A stretch of DNA of 60,143 bases, counting the filler, from Platydemus manokwari (Eukaryota), in NCBI GenBank assembly GCA_037951405.1. It is 5 parts of 5 records of this genome, joined end to end, with 100 filler letters (N's around TTAATTAATTAA, not from the genome) between each part and the next. Parts side by side here need not be neighbours in the genome. Positions count along the whole stretch, not along the records: positions 21,032 to 30,225 come from JBBMOY011285317.1; positions 30,326 to 47,248 come from JBBMOY011133661.1; 3 more parts are not named here. One strand, 5' to 3'. Within the stretch, counting starts at the first letter, position 1; each line of letters starts with the position of its first letter. Under the pieces are notes generated by a model. The model made no database searches. It was not told the origin of the DNA and saw only the letters and a program-made list of their open reading frames with translations. Positions 27,190 through 40,527 of the stretch are shown here, one piece after another. The translations under genes were made by a program, and so were the position numbers.

Positions 27190-29162
27190 ATGAATATCAA
27201 AAAAAATTGAAAATCTCAGAAAAAATTGACGAAACTTTCTACAGCGTGATTTTAAAAATTTAGTTAATTTAAACAAATGTTTTATTAAAAATATAACATC
27301 TCCATAGTAAATTGATAAAGTGATTAATAAAATAATTAAGATTTGCAGTATAATTAACTTTTTTTAGTAAATAATTTAATTACTTTAAATTTTTTTTACA
27401 ATTAAATGAAATATCATTTCGATTTTATTTATTACTCTAAATTAAAAACATTTATATAATTTGACTTATTAAATTACGGTAAAGCTATAAAATTTTTATT
27501 TAAAATATGTGAAATTAATAAAATTTTATTATGGAATCAATTTATACATTTCCAATAAATATGAATAACTTCAATAGTCATGCTGAATGCACTGCCACAT
27601 ATATAGTAGCATAATAAATCGGAACAATTATTTGGACATGTCAGAAATTAAACAATACTTATTGATATTAACTAAACTTCATATTAGCATTTTAAAAGCG
27701 TTTAAAACGAAAGAGAGAAATTTTAACTGTCGACAATATATTTTATTGGTCACTCATTACAATGACCCTGAATCTTTACATGGAACTTGACTTTTGCATA
27801 AAAGCAATAACAGAATTATTTAGTTGTCAGGAATATTCTCTCAAATATTAATGTTAGATAGCTTTCTGATAACCAGAATTGTTAAAATAATCGTTGATGT
27901 GCTAAAAATTCCTTTCAACACAGAAAATTGAAGCTATAATGATTACCTTACAAATGTAAAGCTTTATCAAAAATATGCGCAAAAAGAAGCATATCGAAGT
28001 ATTTATGAAAGCTCAGTGTTTGAGAACAAATGATGAATTTTATAAATTTGATTGTCATTATTTTCAAAGATTTGCTTGCCATGTAATTTCATGACAAAAA
28101 ACCTCTGATAATAAAATAATCAGAATGATGAAACAAAATAGAATTTTTAAAATTTAAAATCTTTTCTCTTTTAAAATCCGTTAAAAACTCACTTTTTATT
28201 CTCGACTTTCATTTTTTTAGTTTAACCACTTCGATATCGCGTTCTTTACTGTTTTATTAAGAATAAACTTTTAATATTTGTCTGCTGGTAGTCTAAATTT
28301 ATATTTAAATTAGGTAAACAAATTTCGTAACAAAATCGTATATAAATTTAGTTATTCCCTCCATATTATCCATGAAATATTTTCTTATCATTTATTTTTC
28401 TGTTTAAGGGTTAATTTATTATTCATCAAAAATAATACGAAAAATCCAAATATGTGTTTTAATGAAAATCGTTCCGTGAATTAGTTTTACTCTCTGGCAT
28501 CAAATGCCCCATGAATGAGACAAAATTAATAGAGAACATCAATCAAAGAGATGTAAAAATATATGAAAATTTTTTAAAAGAAACAAAAGAAACAAGCCAA
28601 AATTCATGGTCGAACTTCTCAAACCTTGGATGAATTTGAAAATAAAATTTATGGTTTACCTTAGAGTTTTTAGAAGAGCTGCATTGGGATATATTTTATC
28701 GATTTGTTGAAAAGAAAATATGGTATCTTTAGTGAAAATCAAATTTGCTTGATTGAATCAGATTAGTGGTTTGCTGTACACCACAATGTGTATATATTAT
28801 TGATTAATTGATATTTGATATTTCTCGTGTTAGGGTACAACATACTATAAAATTATATTCATTCGATGACTATTGTCATTGTCTTTAATTGTCATTGCTC
28901 TTGGAATAAATGAAATATAACTAATCAAATAAAATAATAATAATAATAATAAAATCAATTGTTTTTTATTATTATTAATACATTTCTGCACTAGTGATTA
29001 TTGCATAAAACAAAATGTTGTTCATTATTTCATCATATATGTCTTAATTCTAGATACTAATGGTATTGGTTTATTGTTATTCATCTATTAATTAAATTGA
29101 TGCATTTATATCGGTTTGTATGAGCATAAATTATATCATAATTACCTTATTTTTAAAATTAA

Positions 29163-30073
29163 ATGGTCGCGTTAAATCATCGTTTATTTTTGCTGTTAAT
29201 AATTTTCGAATTAGTATTTTTAATAGAAGAACCTCTAATGCCATGTGACAAAGGATATTATCGAGATGAGGGAAGCTTATGTCAGAGTTGTAAACGCGAT
29301 TGCCATAATCTTTATGAAGGTAATCAATTATTATTATAAATTAAATATGAAAATTTAATCTCTACATTGTATTTTCGGTTCTACAATTATCACAATTCAC
29401 CTTTGGAAAATCCCAAAAAGATAAAATCATGATATCAGCAAATTTTATCTGATTCTAAATATTTTATTATGTCTGAGACGTTCGTGTAGTTCAGTTGATA
29501 GCTCATTTTTTATGATATTAAATAAGGACAAAACCGAATTGCTAAACCAATTTCACAACATGATCACAATATTTTCACAATGTTTTTTGATTTAAAAATT
29601 TAGAATCAATTAATCGACTTAATGATCTTTTCACTTGTGTAATCATATAATATCTTTAGTTTAGAAACATTTGTTAAAATTATAAAGCTCTACTTATGGT
29701 ATACTCGAATTAAAATTTTTAAATGCTTTTAATGAATATATTTGAATAATTTAGTTTTTTGCAATACACTGAAAAATTTATGAACCATTTCAATGGCTGC
29801 AATAAAAACCAAGCGTTATTCTGACAAAATATTTTTAAATTATACTTGACGAGTGATATCTTAAAATTAAACTGTTTTTATTTCTTTTACATTTTACATT
29901 TAAATATTGATTTCAGGAAAAATTAGATTTTACAATCAAAATGTTGAAGAAGAAGCAAAGCGAATATGCAAGGAAATTTGCTCAGGTAATGATTATATAG
30001 CTATAAATACATTATTTCAATCTGATCCATATGAGAGTCTGATTTTGTAGGTAATGATAAATTAGCAATGTAA
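29163..30073 (+). CDS. small secreted Cys-rich protein with one TNFR-like cysteine-rich domain (exons 29163-29319, 29917-29985, 30051-30073)
   Basis: MVALNHRLFLLLIIFELVFLIEEPLMPCDKGYYRDEGSLCQSCKRDCHNLYEG|KIRFYNQNVEEEAKRICKEICSG|NDKLAM*. Hydrophobic signal-like N-terminus, six Cys, phase-1 GT-AG introns. Confidence 0.6.
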
Positions 30074-30225
30074 ATTATTCTGCAAATCTAACACGATTAT
30101 ATAGCAGAAAAACCATGGTTGCAAATTACAGTACCTCATATCATTGATTTTAAACTAAAAAATTTTTTATCGGTTATAATAATACAGATTATTTTTATTA
30201 AATTTATGATTTTTCATTGTAACCA

Positions 30226-30325
30226 NNNNNNNNNNNNNNNNNNNNNNNNNNNNNNNNNNNNNNNNNNNNTTAATTAATTAANNNNNNNNNNNNNNNNNNN
30301 NNNNNNNNNNNNNNNNNNNNNNNNN
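30226..30325. other. artificial contig-joining linker
   Basis: N-TTAATTAATTAA-N spacer. Confidence 0.95.
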
Positions 30326-33300
30326 TTAATTCTTCGTCCAAACAATATTTCAAAAGGAGAATATTGAATTGAACTTTGATATGTTGCATTGATGATGAAT
30401 TCTATCCGCAGTATTAATTTATCCCAAGCCTGTTTCTCTGATGCCATCGTTGTTACCACCATGTCTCTGACCGTTCTAATAATCCTTTCGGCTAAGCCAC
30501 TTGCCTGATGTTGGTACGGGGAGATAAATTCTTGTTTCATTCCAAATCGTGTTGCTAATTCTTTCATTTCCCTTCCTTCGAAGACTCTACCCCGATCAGT
30601 GAGCATTTATTTTGGAGCACCATGTCTGTAGATCCATTTATTTATGATGGCCTTCAAAATAGCAGTTTCGTCTTATCGAATAAGTGACACCAAGCTTACT
30701 AACTTACTGAATCTATCTACTATAACCAACAAATATCTCGTTTTAGTCATAAATTCCCCAAAGTGCGCAATATCAACAACGATCTGTTCCAGAGGCCCAA
30801 ACTTTTCCTTTGGAATCATAATTTCTTAAGTTTACCCAGTGTATACCTTCCGTTTAGCACAAATATCATAATTCCGTACTTCATGTTCGATGCTTCATGA
30901 CATATTTGGCCAGAAGTAAATTTTTTGAATATAATCTACCAATTTCTTATTATCAATATGGCACAACTCTTCATGAAAATATCTCGTAAGTTTTTGTGAA
31001 TAAACCTCTAGTACAATAATTAGCTTTTTTCCATTCTCATTATACACCACCATATCTTCAAACAATTCATATTTCTCTAAACTGTTAAAATATTTTCTTT
31101 TCTTCACCTCTGAATTGACTTCTGCTTCTGTTTTCCTTAACCATTTTCGAATGGAACCAACGACAGTATCTTTTTGTTGAATCTTTCTTAGTTCGTCATT
31201 ATTTTGCAATTGAGTGCTCGACAACATTGATAAACCGAGATTTTGGTTTAGCTTTTTTAGCGTCTTGATGCTGAGTTAAGCATTGTGAACAAAATTCTTC
31301 GCCTATCCTTGAGAGTCCATCTGCATTTCCGTGATCTAATCCTTTCCGATATTGAAGTTCAAAATTGAATCCAGATAACTTTGCAAACCATGTTTGAAAC
31401 TGAGGGCTTATCGGTTTGTTAGTTTTCTTCATGTATGTCAAGGCTTTGTGATCGGTGCGGGTCACAAATTTCTTTCCCAACAAATAATGTTTAAAATGCA
31501 TAGTAAACTCGTGGATTGCCAAAAGCTCTTTCCTCGAGACGCAATAACTTTTTTCATGGCTGTTAAGAGTTCTAGAACCATAGGCTACTACTCTCTCTTT
31601 TCTATTGTCATCCAGCTGGCTTAGAACGCCTCCAATCGCTTCAAAACTAGCGTCGGTGTCTAAAATCATCTTTTTGTTTGGATTTGGAAAAGCAAAAATC
31701 GGAGCTGTGCTTAATTGTTCCTTAAGGTTTCCAAAACTTTCCTCACACTCTGTACTCCACTCCGATTTTTTGTCACTTCCAGTCATCATCGCATATAACG
31801 GAGCTGTAATTAATGCATAATCCTTGATAAATCCTCTGTAATAATTACATAATCATAGGAACGACCTCAACTGAGGGATGCAACCAGGTTTAATTGCTTC
31901 CTTAATCTTCTTTACTTTATCGTCATTAGTTTGTATACCTTCTGAACTGACCGTATGACCCAGGAAATCCAATTATCTAATGCCAAAAGTGCATTTCTCG
32001 GGATTGGTTTTTAAACCTGATGATTCTATTATCCTGAGTACCTTGTCCAATTTCTCATTGTGTTCCTTTACTGTTTTTTCATGCACTAAAATATTGTCCA
32101 GATAAACCAGAACCCCTTTGTAAATCAATTCCTTGAATATTGTATATATTAGACTCTGAAACGTTGCTGGCGCGATACATAATTCAAAAGGTAGTCTGTT
32201 AAAAAAGAATTGCCCAGTTCTTGTGCTGAACGCCGTTTTCATTTTAGAATCTTCCTCCAGTTCACCCTGATAATATACTTGGATTAAATCTATCTTGAAG
32301 AAAACCATCGCTCCATACACTGAGTCCAATAACGTTTGAATGTCAGGTACCGGAAAAGAAAACTTCTCAATCTGTTCGCTTAATTTTCTGAAGTCTAAAC
32401 ACATCCTGATCGATCCATCGTTCTTAGTAACCACGAGCAAAGGAGAGTTTCAAGGGCTCTTGCAAGGTGTTATGACATTACTTTCCAAAAGATTTTCTAT
32501 CAATTCTTGAATTTTGGTTTCTAAATTTATTGGCTGCTTTCTGAGATTTTGAGCAATAGGTTCCCTTTTTGTACGGATTTCGTGCTTCACCAAATCTTAT
32601 TTAGTTCCAAATCGAACCGAGAAGCCATAAAATTGAGCCATTTTCTTTATTACACCTATTCAATGAAATATCATTCTGGTCAGCATTACTCTTCAGTGCC
32701 ATTTCGATTCTATCTTGGTCGCTGTATTTCTTTCCCACATCCTTGGCATCAATTGATTTTATCCCTGCATGGAATATTCCACAAGTCTTCATCATATCAA
32801 CTCCTCCGATAAATAATGGTGAAATTTCTTTTACTACAATGATCTCCTTTACTAGAATTTTGTTGTTCCAAACTATTCGGATCCTTATTTTACCTAGACA
32901 CGATTTGTGCGTATTGGAGAATACGCCAGCCAATCGAACATCCGAATTTTTAATCTGCGCCTCTCCAATGCGCTTCTAATTGCTCTTGTTCATTACTGTT
33001 ATTGATGCACCAGAATCCCATAAAATTTCAATATGTGTACCGATGCACCCAATTTACTCCACTGTCTACCATCTGCTTTCTGATACATCTGTGAATGCTT
33101 CCTTTTCTTCTTGGCGTCTTCCTTCTTTACGTCTATTCCATCTTTAGCTGATATGTCCTATTGACTCAAACCTACTGACGAGATAGGCACAGGAGGTTGA
33201 TTCCAGTTTTTTTGTCTTCCATAGAGAGTGAGCTTACACAATCACTTGCTTCACTTTCAGTTTGAATATTAGCTTCATCTTCTCCCTCTTGAATGCACAA

Positions 33301-34296
33301 TATTCTCCTTGAACTGTTTTAACTAGCCTTACTGGTAAATGACATTCTCTTAACGAATGTCCTTCTATCCGCATATCAAACATTTATTCCGAAGTGGACA
33401 TTCAAACTTCCGGTGTCCAAAATCACCGCATCAAAAACAAGCACCTTGTTTCAAATAATTGCCACGTGGTGTGGGTTTTCCTCTACAATCGTTGTAGAAT
33501 TTAGAAGCATTGATCTTGTTGGTCTCTCATTGTTTGGAGATTCAGTGTGATTAACTGATGTTCGATGATATTCTTTTACACCAAAATCCCTTTTCTGCAC
33601 AATTGTACTTGGCTTTTTGAACGACGTCTCCTTCTGAAAGGTCTTTATTGGTTTACTTTGAAATACTGACTGAGCATATGTCTTCTTGATGGCTTTTATG
33701 GGCTTCGTCGAAGTCAACTTCTCAAAATTGACAGCCAGCTCTCTTCTTCTATCGTCGGACATTGCAGGGTCGAGAGTAAATGACTCTTTCAATTTCTTGC
33801 TATTTAGACCTTGCAGAATAAATAGTCTTGAAATTTCTTCAAGAGTGTTTTTCTTGTCAAACACCTCCAAAACTAGCTTCTTTACTCGAAGTTCATAACT
33901 GCGATATTTTTCATCTGGTCTTTGTTGCATTGCTGCCAAATCCTGAACCTTGTCATATACTGTTTTGGCATGAGAAAATGTTTCTAAAAACCATTTCTCA
34001 ATTTCTTCATTTGAAACAGCCTCTTTGAAACTGCTGAATTCTTCCCACAGTTGTTCGGCGTCATCTCTCAAAAGCATGTCAAATGAGAATGATAGTTCCA
34101 TTTGATTAAATGCCTCGAAATCTTTGGTTGTTCGGATCCATTTCTTACCGTCTTGGAATGATGAATCGAAGAATGATGGTTTCGGAATTAATAACTCCTG
34201 CGTTTTTTGTGGCAGATTCGCAAAAATTTTCTGCCTCTCCTCTTGTTTAGCTCTAGTCAGAGCGTTAATTTCTGTGTGGTAAGTCGTGTCCATCAA
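30326..34296 (-). mobile_element. decayed Ty3/Gypsy LTR retrotransposon A (gag-PR-RT-RNaseH-IN); 3' end cut by contig end
   Basis: gag ORF 33451-34296, protease LWDSGAS (~33010), RT IRMCLDFRKL...VYLDNIL, RNase H ILDTDAS...TRTDHKAL...NADGLSR, integrase TDRGRVF...GLAERIIR. PR-RT-RH-IN order is Gypsy. Frameshifts and stops throughout. Confidence 0.95.
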
Positions 34297-35009
34297 TATT
34301 TTATTCTATTTCAAAATCACACGCGTTTGTTTTTAATATTAAAACAAATCTCAATTTTTTATCTAACTTTTATAAATATCAGTATATGCTTTGTACATAA
34401 TTATTTCATAATATCAAAATCATAAAACAGTTACAAATCGAATATTATAAATTTTTCATAAAATCAAATATCCCAAAAATATCAGATAATCAGATAATGT
34501 CATATCAGATAAAATTCAAAAGATTGATGATCACACATATTTAATATTTTAATAGGAGAACTTCTGATTTGAGATTCTTTAGTATTTGATTTGGAATTTG
34601 AAGATGAATGATATTTGCTAGCCTTAGTCGTCCAAACCCACGCTCCAATTCTTCTTTCCCAGGACCCCTTGTTACTTTTTCTCAATATAATGAATACAAT
34701 AAAAATCTTATTATTTATTATATTATTTTGATGAGCTTACGTGCGTATTCGTTACGTGTTGGAGAAAAGGTCAATAAATTTTTTAAATTAATTTATCCCA
34801 TAATTATTAAAAATGAAATTAATTTTCTTTTATTATTTTTTAATGCTATCTATTAAAATTGTTGATATTTTTCGATGATTTAATTCTTACAGATTGTGAT
34901 TGATTTGACACACACTATTCGTGCTGTTCTTCACTGCTTTGAATTCAATAGTTTTTAATATCAAATATTTAATCGAATATTTTTAATTTTTATTATTAGA
35001 ACTAATTGA

Positions 35010-35117
35010 ATCACTGACACTTGTAGACACAATATATTTATTGAAAAAACTAAATTAATCCGCCTTTCAATTATTTAAACAAATACAGCGTGTTTGATTA
35101 TTTAACCACGTTGCTCA
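35010..35117 (-). repeat. 3' terminal direct repeat (LTR) of Gypsy B
   Basis: Aligns by eye with 39030-39135 (shared AATTATTTAAACAAATACA...TATTTAACCA). Begins TG immediately after the PPT. Confidence 0.8.
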
Positions 35118-38100
35118 CCTCCTCTTAAGTTCCGCTCCATTGTTTCACCCACTCTAATAATCTGAATTTTATCGCATGAGGGAATTGAATCTCCACTAGT
35201 ATCCATTCTTCTTCCTTTTATGGCATTGTCTCTCCCACCTGAACAATTCGATGTGTTCTTCTTCCCCTGTCTGGCTTAGACATTATGTTGGCTGCCACTT
35301 TAGAATTTTCTCTACCTGCTAGTGCAATACCATTTCGAGTTTGGTTCTTGTGACTTACATACGTATGGACATTGATCTTCCCTTCGTAGATTATCTTCAA
35401 AGGCGAGAACTTCGTTGTTTATTGATGTGTTGCGTTTATGTAGAACTCTATCCTTGACAACAATTCAGCCCAACTTTTCTCGGTCTCTTACCCTTTAAGG
35501 AAGTTTTTATCATATCTCGTACTGCCCTGATGACTTTTTCCCCTATCCCGTTCTTGTTTTATTCAAAATTTTGAACACGCCTCTCATATAAATTTACCTC
35601 AAAATTGTTTCCCATTATCAGATAAATTCAAAACGATAAATCCACGAGTTCAAGATGACCTGGAAGATTGTATTTTCGTTCTGCTTAGATGTAGCAGTGA
35701 ATCTCACCAGTTTGCTGAATCTATCGATAATGCCTACTTGCCTAAGTGGCGGAGTTCCTCGTGACCTGTCTTGACAAATTAAGCTGCAAAAAATTTATTG
35801 GCATTATAGCAGCCAAACCCTTATCTTTCTCCAGCATCAGCGTATTGTCCACCACCTTCAGCTTATTTTTAATTCTCGAAAGTGAATGTTTATTCCTGAA
35901 TTCCGTGCTCATTAAAGTTGTTTCATCATTTTGCAATCTGAACGTCTCCACTTTTAATGCATCTTTATGCTGTGCTTCCAACATTATCTCCGATTTTATT
36001 AATATTTGGGCTAAATATTTGGTCCACCGAGTTTCGTCTTGCTTTTTTCGGATTTTTTCCGTTTTTGCATCATCATGACTCGTCTGCATATACTGTCTCG
36101 TTGATCCTAGACAACCCATCTGAGTTCCTACGACTCTCTCCTTTTCTGTATTTTAAATCGAAATCGTATTCTGACAGCGCCGCCATCCGTGTTTGAAATT
36201 GAGAGCAAATCCGTGTTCGTGTCTTGTACAAGAATACAACTGCTTTGTGATCGATCCTTGCGATGAATTTCTTTCCGTACAAGTATTGTTTAAAATAAAT
36301 AACATGCTCGTGGATAGCCAGTAGTTCCTTCCTGGTAACACAATCCCCGTTCTCTTGACTAGTCAGTAATCAAGACCCATAGGCTATAACTACCTCTGTT
36401 CCTTTTTCAGTAACTTGGCTTAGAGCAGCCCTGATTGCACCAAAACTCGAGTCCTTATCGAGTACAAATATCATATTTTTCTTGGATAATTCTAAATTGG
36501 TGATTCACATAGTGCAGACTTTAGTTTCAAAAAACCTGTTTGACACGACTCTGACTATTGCATTCCTAATCTCCACATGCGCCCGCGGTGTATAGTAGAG
36601 TCGCTATTAAAGCATAATACTTTATGAATCACCTGTAATAGTTTGTCAGCCCTAAAAATGATCACAGTTTGCTCGTACACTGTGGTGCTGGGGTAGCTCG
36701 TATCTGTTCGATTTTGTCGCAATTAGTTTGTATGCCCTTGGCACTGACTATTTGGCTTAAAAACCTTACTCTATCTTTAAATTGCGTACATTTCTCCGGA
36801 TTCACTTTCAGACCCGACTCTTGAATTCGTAGAAACATGGCTTCCAGTAGATAGTCATGCTCTTGCTGAGTTTTTCCGTATATTAGCACATCTTACAAAT
36901 ATAGCAAAAGACCCTTAAGTAACAATCCATCCAACAGCTTGTGCATTAGTTTTTGAAAGGTTGCCGGTGCTGTAGATAAACTAAACGTGAGTCTGTTGAA
37001 ACAGAATTGGCCAGTTCTTGTGCTAAAAGCTGTTCAATCCTGAGATCTTGAACTTAGTTAGACTTGGTAATAAGTCTGTCCCAAATCTATTGAGAAGAAA
37101 TATTTAGCATCCGCAAAACAATCTAGAAATTGATGGATATCAAGCATAGGAAAACTAAATTTTTCTGTCACTCCGCTGAGTCTTCAACAATCCACACACA
37201 TGGGTCCTTTTTTCCTACGATGACCAGTGGTGAATTCCAAGCACTCTTGCATGGTCTTATTACTCCTCTTTCGAGCAGGTTTTTTATCATATCTTCAACT
37301 TTTGCTTATAAGCGCATAGGCTGTCTTTTGGGTTTCTGCGAAATAGGATTTCTGGTAATTATAATATCCTGAACAACTAGGTTGGTACTGCCTAGATTCA
37401 ATTCCAAAGCCCTGAATATATTTCCGTATTCATTGATGGATTTTCCAATTCTACCCGTGTTCCCAAAATTGATCTTTTCCAATGCGAGTCTGGATCTTTC
37501 CTCATCTGTATAATTTTCATTAAATTGTGATGAATCGATTGTGGCCATCTCTTTCAGCTGAATCTCGAATGCATTTATCATGTCAACACCTTTGATAAAG
37601 TCGAGGCAAATTCTTTTTGTAATAAAAACTCTGAGTTTCCGTTTCTTTTCTTTCCACTAGGCAATCACATCTGAGTAACCCAGAGGACGTTCGGTATCCG
37701 TTGAAAAAAATCTACTAAGTTTAATCAAACTATCCTGCAATTTTGAGCTTCCCACTTTCTTCCAATAGTTCTCGCTCATCACTGTGATAGACCCCTTCGA
37801 ATCCCACAACATTTCTTCTTCAGCTCCGTTGATCAACACGTTACTCAACACCCTATTATCGTCTTTCTTAAACATCTCTTCACATTCGGTTCCATTTCGA
37901 ATTTCCTTGTTATCTATTGATTCAACCCCACCGACGAAATGTATGCGGCGGAGCTGCCATGGTTTATTTGGTCTTCTACCTCGTGCATTACTGGGTCTTC
38001 GATTGAATCAAATTGATCCTCGTTTTCGACCTGAATACATAAAATTCTACTTTTTACTCTGTGTCTGTTACCTCGTATTAAATGGCATGACCTGAAATGA

Positions 38101-39029
38101 CGGTCTTCTTGTCCACATACTAAACATCTGTGCCTTAGAGAGCACTGGCCTCTGTAATGTTTTCTTTTTCTACAGCAGAAGCAATTGTCTCCGCGCAAGC
38201 TATATTCTTTTGAATCTGGCATGCCTAGACACTTATTGTGCAGTGTCTTGGCCATGTATTTCATTGAATACACTCTACCTGAAGCGAATTTATGTTCCGT
38301 GTTCTGATAATATGTGATGGTTTATAATTACTTGATTCGTTTCTTTCTTTTTTGAACTGGTTATTCCACCTGTAACTTCTTCCAGTTTTTAGTGCTTGAA
38401 CATCGCTGTCTCTACGGATTGCATTCACTCCCTGGGGATCTCGTTGAAAACTTTGTTTTCGATTTTCGAACATCTTTTCAACACTTCTAACTTCTATTAT
38501 ATCCATGTTTGAATTTAGGTCAAGATCATCTTTTAACCCATTGGATCGTGTTCTCTTGCTGATGATATCTATCACCATGGAATCTTGCTTCAATTCGGAA
38601 TTAATCACCGCTTAAACCAATCTGTGAACCCTCAAAGGTGGCAAACCGTTCGCTCCCCAATTGTTTAACATTAGCAAGTTCGACAATCATATCCATTATA
38701 GATTTTTTGATTATAAATGTATCTTCAAAGCACGATTTAGCTAGCTCTTCTGTGGTATCTTCCGATTTGAATTGGAATTTCTTCCATAAAATGCCTTCCT
38801 CGTCTGAAAGCACTAAATTAAAAGCATTAATCAGGCTGAGACTATTAATTAATTGCCACTCCCCTTTATCTTTCATCCACTTTGCGGCCTCATTTGAATT
38901 TCTTCCATCGAATTTTCGAATATTGAAATTGAGAGCTTCCTGCCCTTCTCCCGCCAAGCTTTGTAGTAGCTGTGTCTTCTGCTAATTCCTTGTAATTACA
39001 TTGATCTGTAAGGCATAGTCGACAGTTAC

Positions 39030-39135
39030 ATCACGGGCATTTTTAGACATAATACTTATTCGAAAAACTAAACTAAGTCGCCAACGAATTATTTAAACAA
39101 ATACAATGTGCTTGTTTATTTAACCATATTATAAC
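39030..39135 (-). repeat. 5' terminal direct repeat (LTR) of Gypsy B
   Basis: Partner of 35010-35117. Confidence 0.8.
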
Positions 39136-39539
39136 CTATTTCATGTATTTTAGACACCAACAGAAGCGACTTCTGTCTACTATAATACCGAAGTAGCAAC
39201 GCGCAATATATATATATATATATATATATATAACGCGCAATAATGAAATTAAGATATAGTCACAGGATCACTAGTTAAGTCACCTGACATCTATTTGCAA
39301 TTTCTGGTGCTTGTATGAACCTAGGTGGGATCTATGCTCGGCTTTGCTCTTCAAACTAATATTTTGATAGTTATAAGACCTATTTTAGTTTACTAATTTT
39401 AAATTATGAATTCAAACATTGTTGTTATTATAAGTAGTAAGGTTTAATTTATATTCAATTGCCGGAAACCATTCCTTATTTTTGTTCTGATGATGAACAA
39501 CGCATGCAATCAATCAATTTATTATCTTTGACAATACTG

Positions 39540-39800
39540 CGTTGATTATATTAAATTTAATATGGTTAAATATATCTGAATATCTTTCTTGCTTAGTTTT
39601 GTTTTAAAGTTACCTGGTACTCAGACACCACTTGTAGTTTTATCTTTGAGGATTTCAGATGTGTTAACGTATTTAATCATGTTGTATAATTTTGAGTTTT
39701 CTAAAATCATAACACATTCTATTTTTGTTATTGTGCTTATTGATCACAATATTGATATTTTGGGTCAGCTAATAATGGTTGATTAATCGGTTAATATAGT
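39540..39800 (-). mobile_element. highly decayed LTR-retrotransposon RT fragment
   Basis: Minus strand IVINKHNNKNRMCYDFRKLK resembles the RT motif 'VV.KKDG..RMC.DFRKLN'. Confidence 0.4.
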
Positions 39801-40527
39801 GGGAAACTTTTCAACGTTTCATAAATATCTTTTGAAGTCAGATACATAGGTTAGTCGCTGAGAATTATTACACATTTTAACGTCTTTACAAATTGTACGG
39901 TTATACTGAAAACTTAAATTATTCACATGTTGATAAACAAAATAATATTGTGTTGGAATCTATTGTTTCTTTAGTAACAATATATCGCCGCATATTGCAT
40001 ATCTTACATCATACATATCGAAATATCAACAGTGCTATAATGAGATTTTAAATCAAGTATTATTGTGTTAATTGATTATATTATATAATAATTTATAACA
40101 CGCAAAAATAACTTGACTGCCAATGGTCAAATAATTGGTGGAATTCAGTCATCAATTATCGATCTTTAGCAATTTTTTACACGATAACAGTTCACATTAT
40201 CATTGCTTTCCATGATTAAAAATAACTTAAATTTGACCACGTAGTTGAGATAAATATTTATTCACTAAATAATGTCCACAACCTAAACTTGTATTAGAAA
40301 TAAATTAATGGATGCGTTACAATAGTACTTGATATAGAAATAACATCCCAGTTGGAATTATTTATAACAATAACTCTTACAATAAAAATATCGAAAAGGT
40401 GGTTGGCCAGTAAAAAATTTTCTTCCATATAAAACATCAATATTAAATATAGACAGTTTAAAATAAGAAAATCTGTTTCATTGAATAAAATATATTACAA
40501 AAACATCAAAACTTATATTAAAATTAA

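Larger units (their letters stand above)
35010..39135 (-). mobile_element. decayed Ty3/Gypsy LTR retrotransposon B with short terminal direct repeats
   Basis: gag from ATG 39050 homologous to element A gag, two zinc-knuckle-like motifs (37914-38273 ORF), protease MLWDSKGS, RT/RH (RIDHKAV...NSDGLSR), integrase remnant. PPT AAGAGGAGG at 35118-35126; PBS-like TGGCGAC at 39083-39077. Confidence 0.93.

Noticed and set aside
27587-28035. Broken ORF-like stretch upstream of Bud32
   Set aside because: Multiple stops, no recognisable motif, no clear splice solution.
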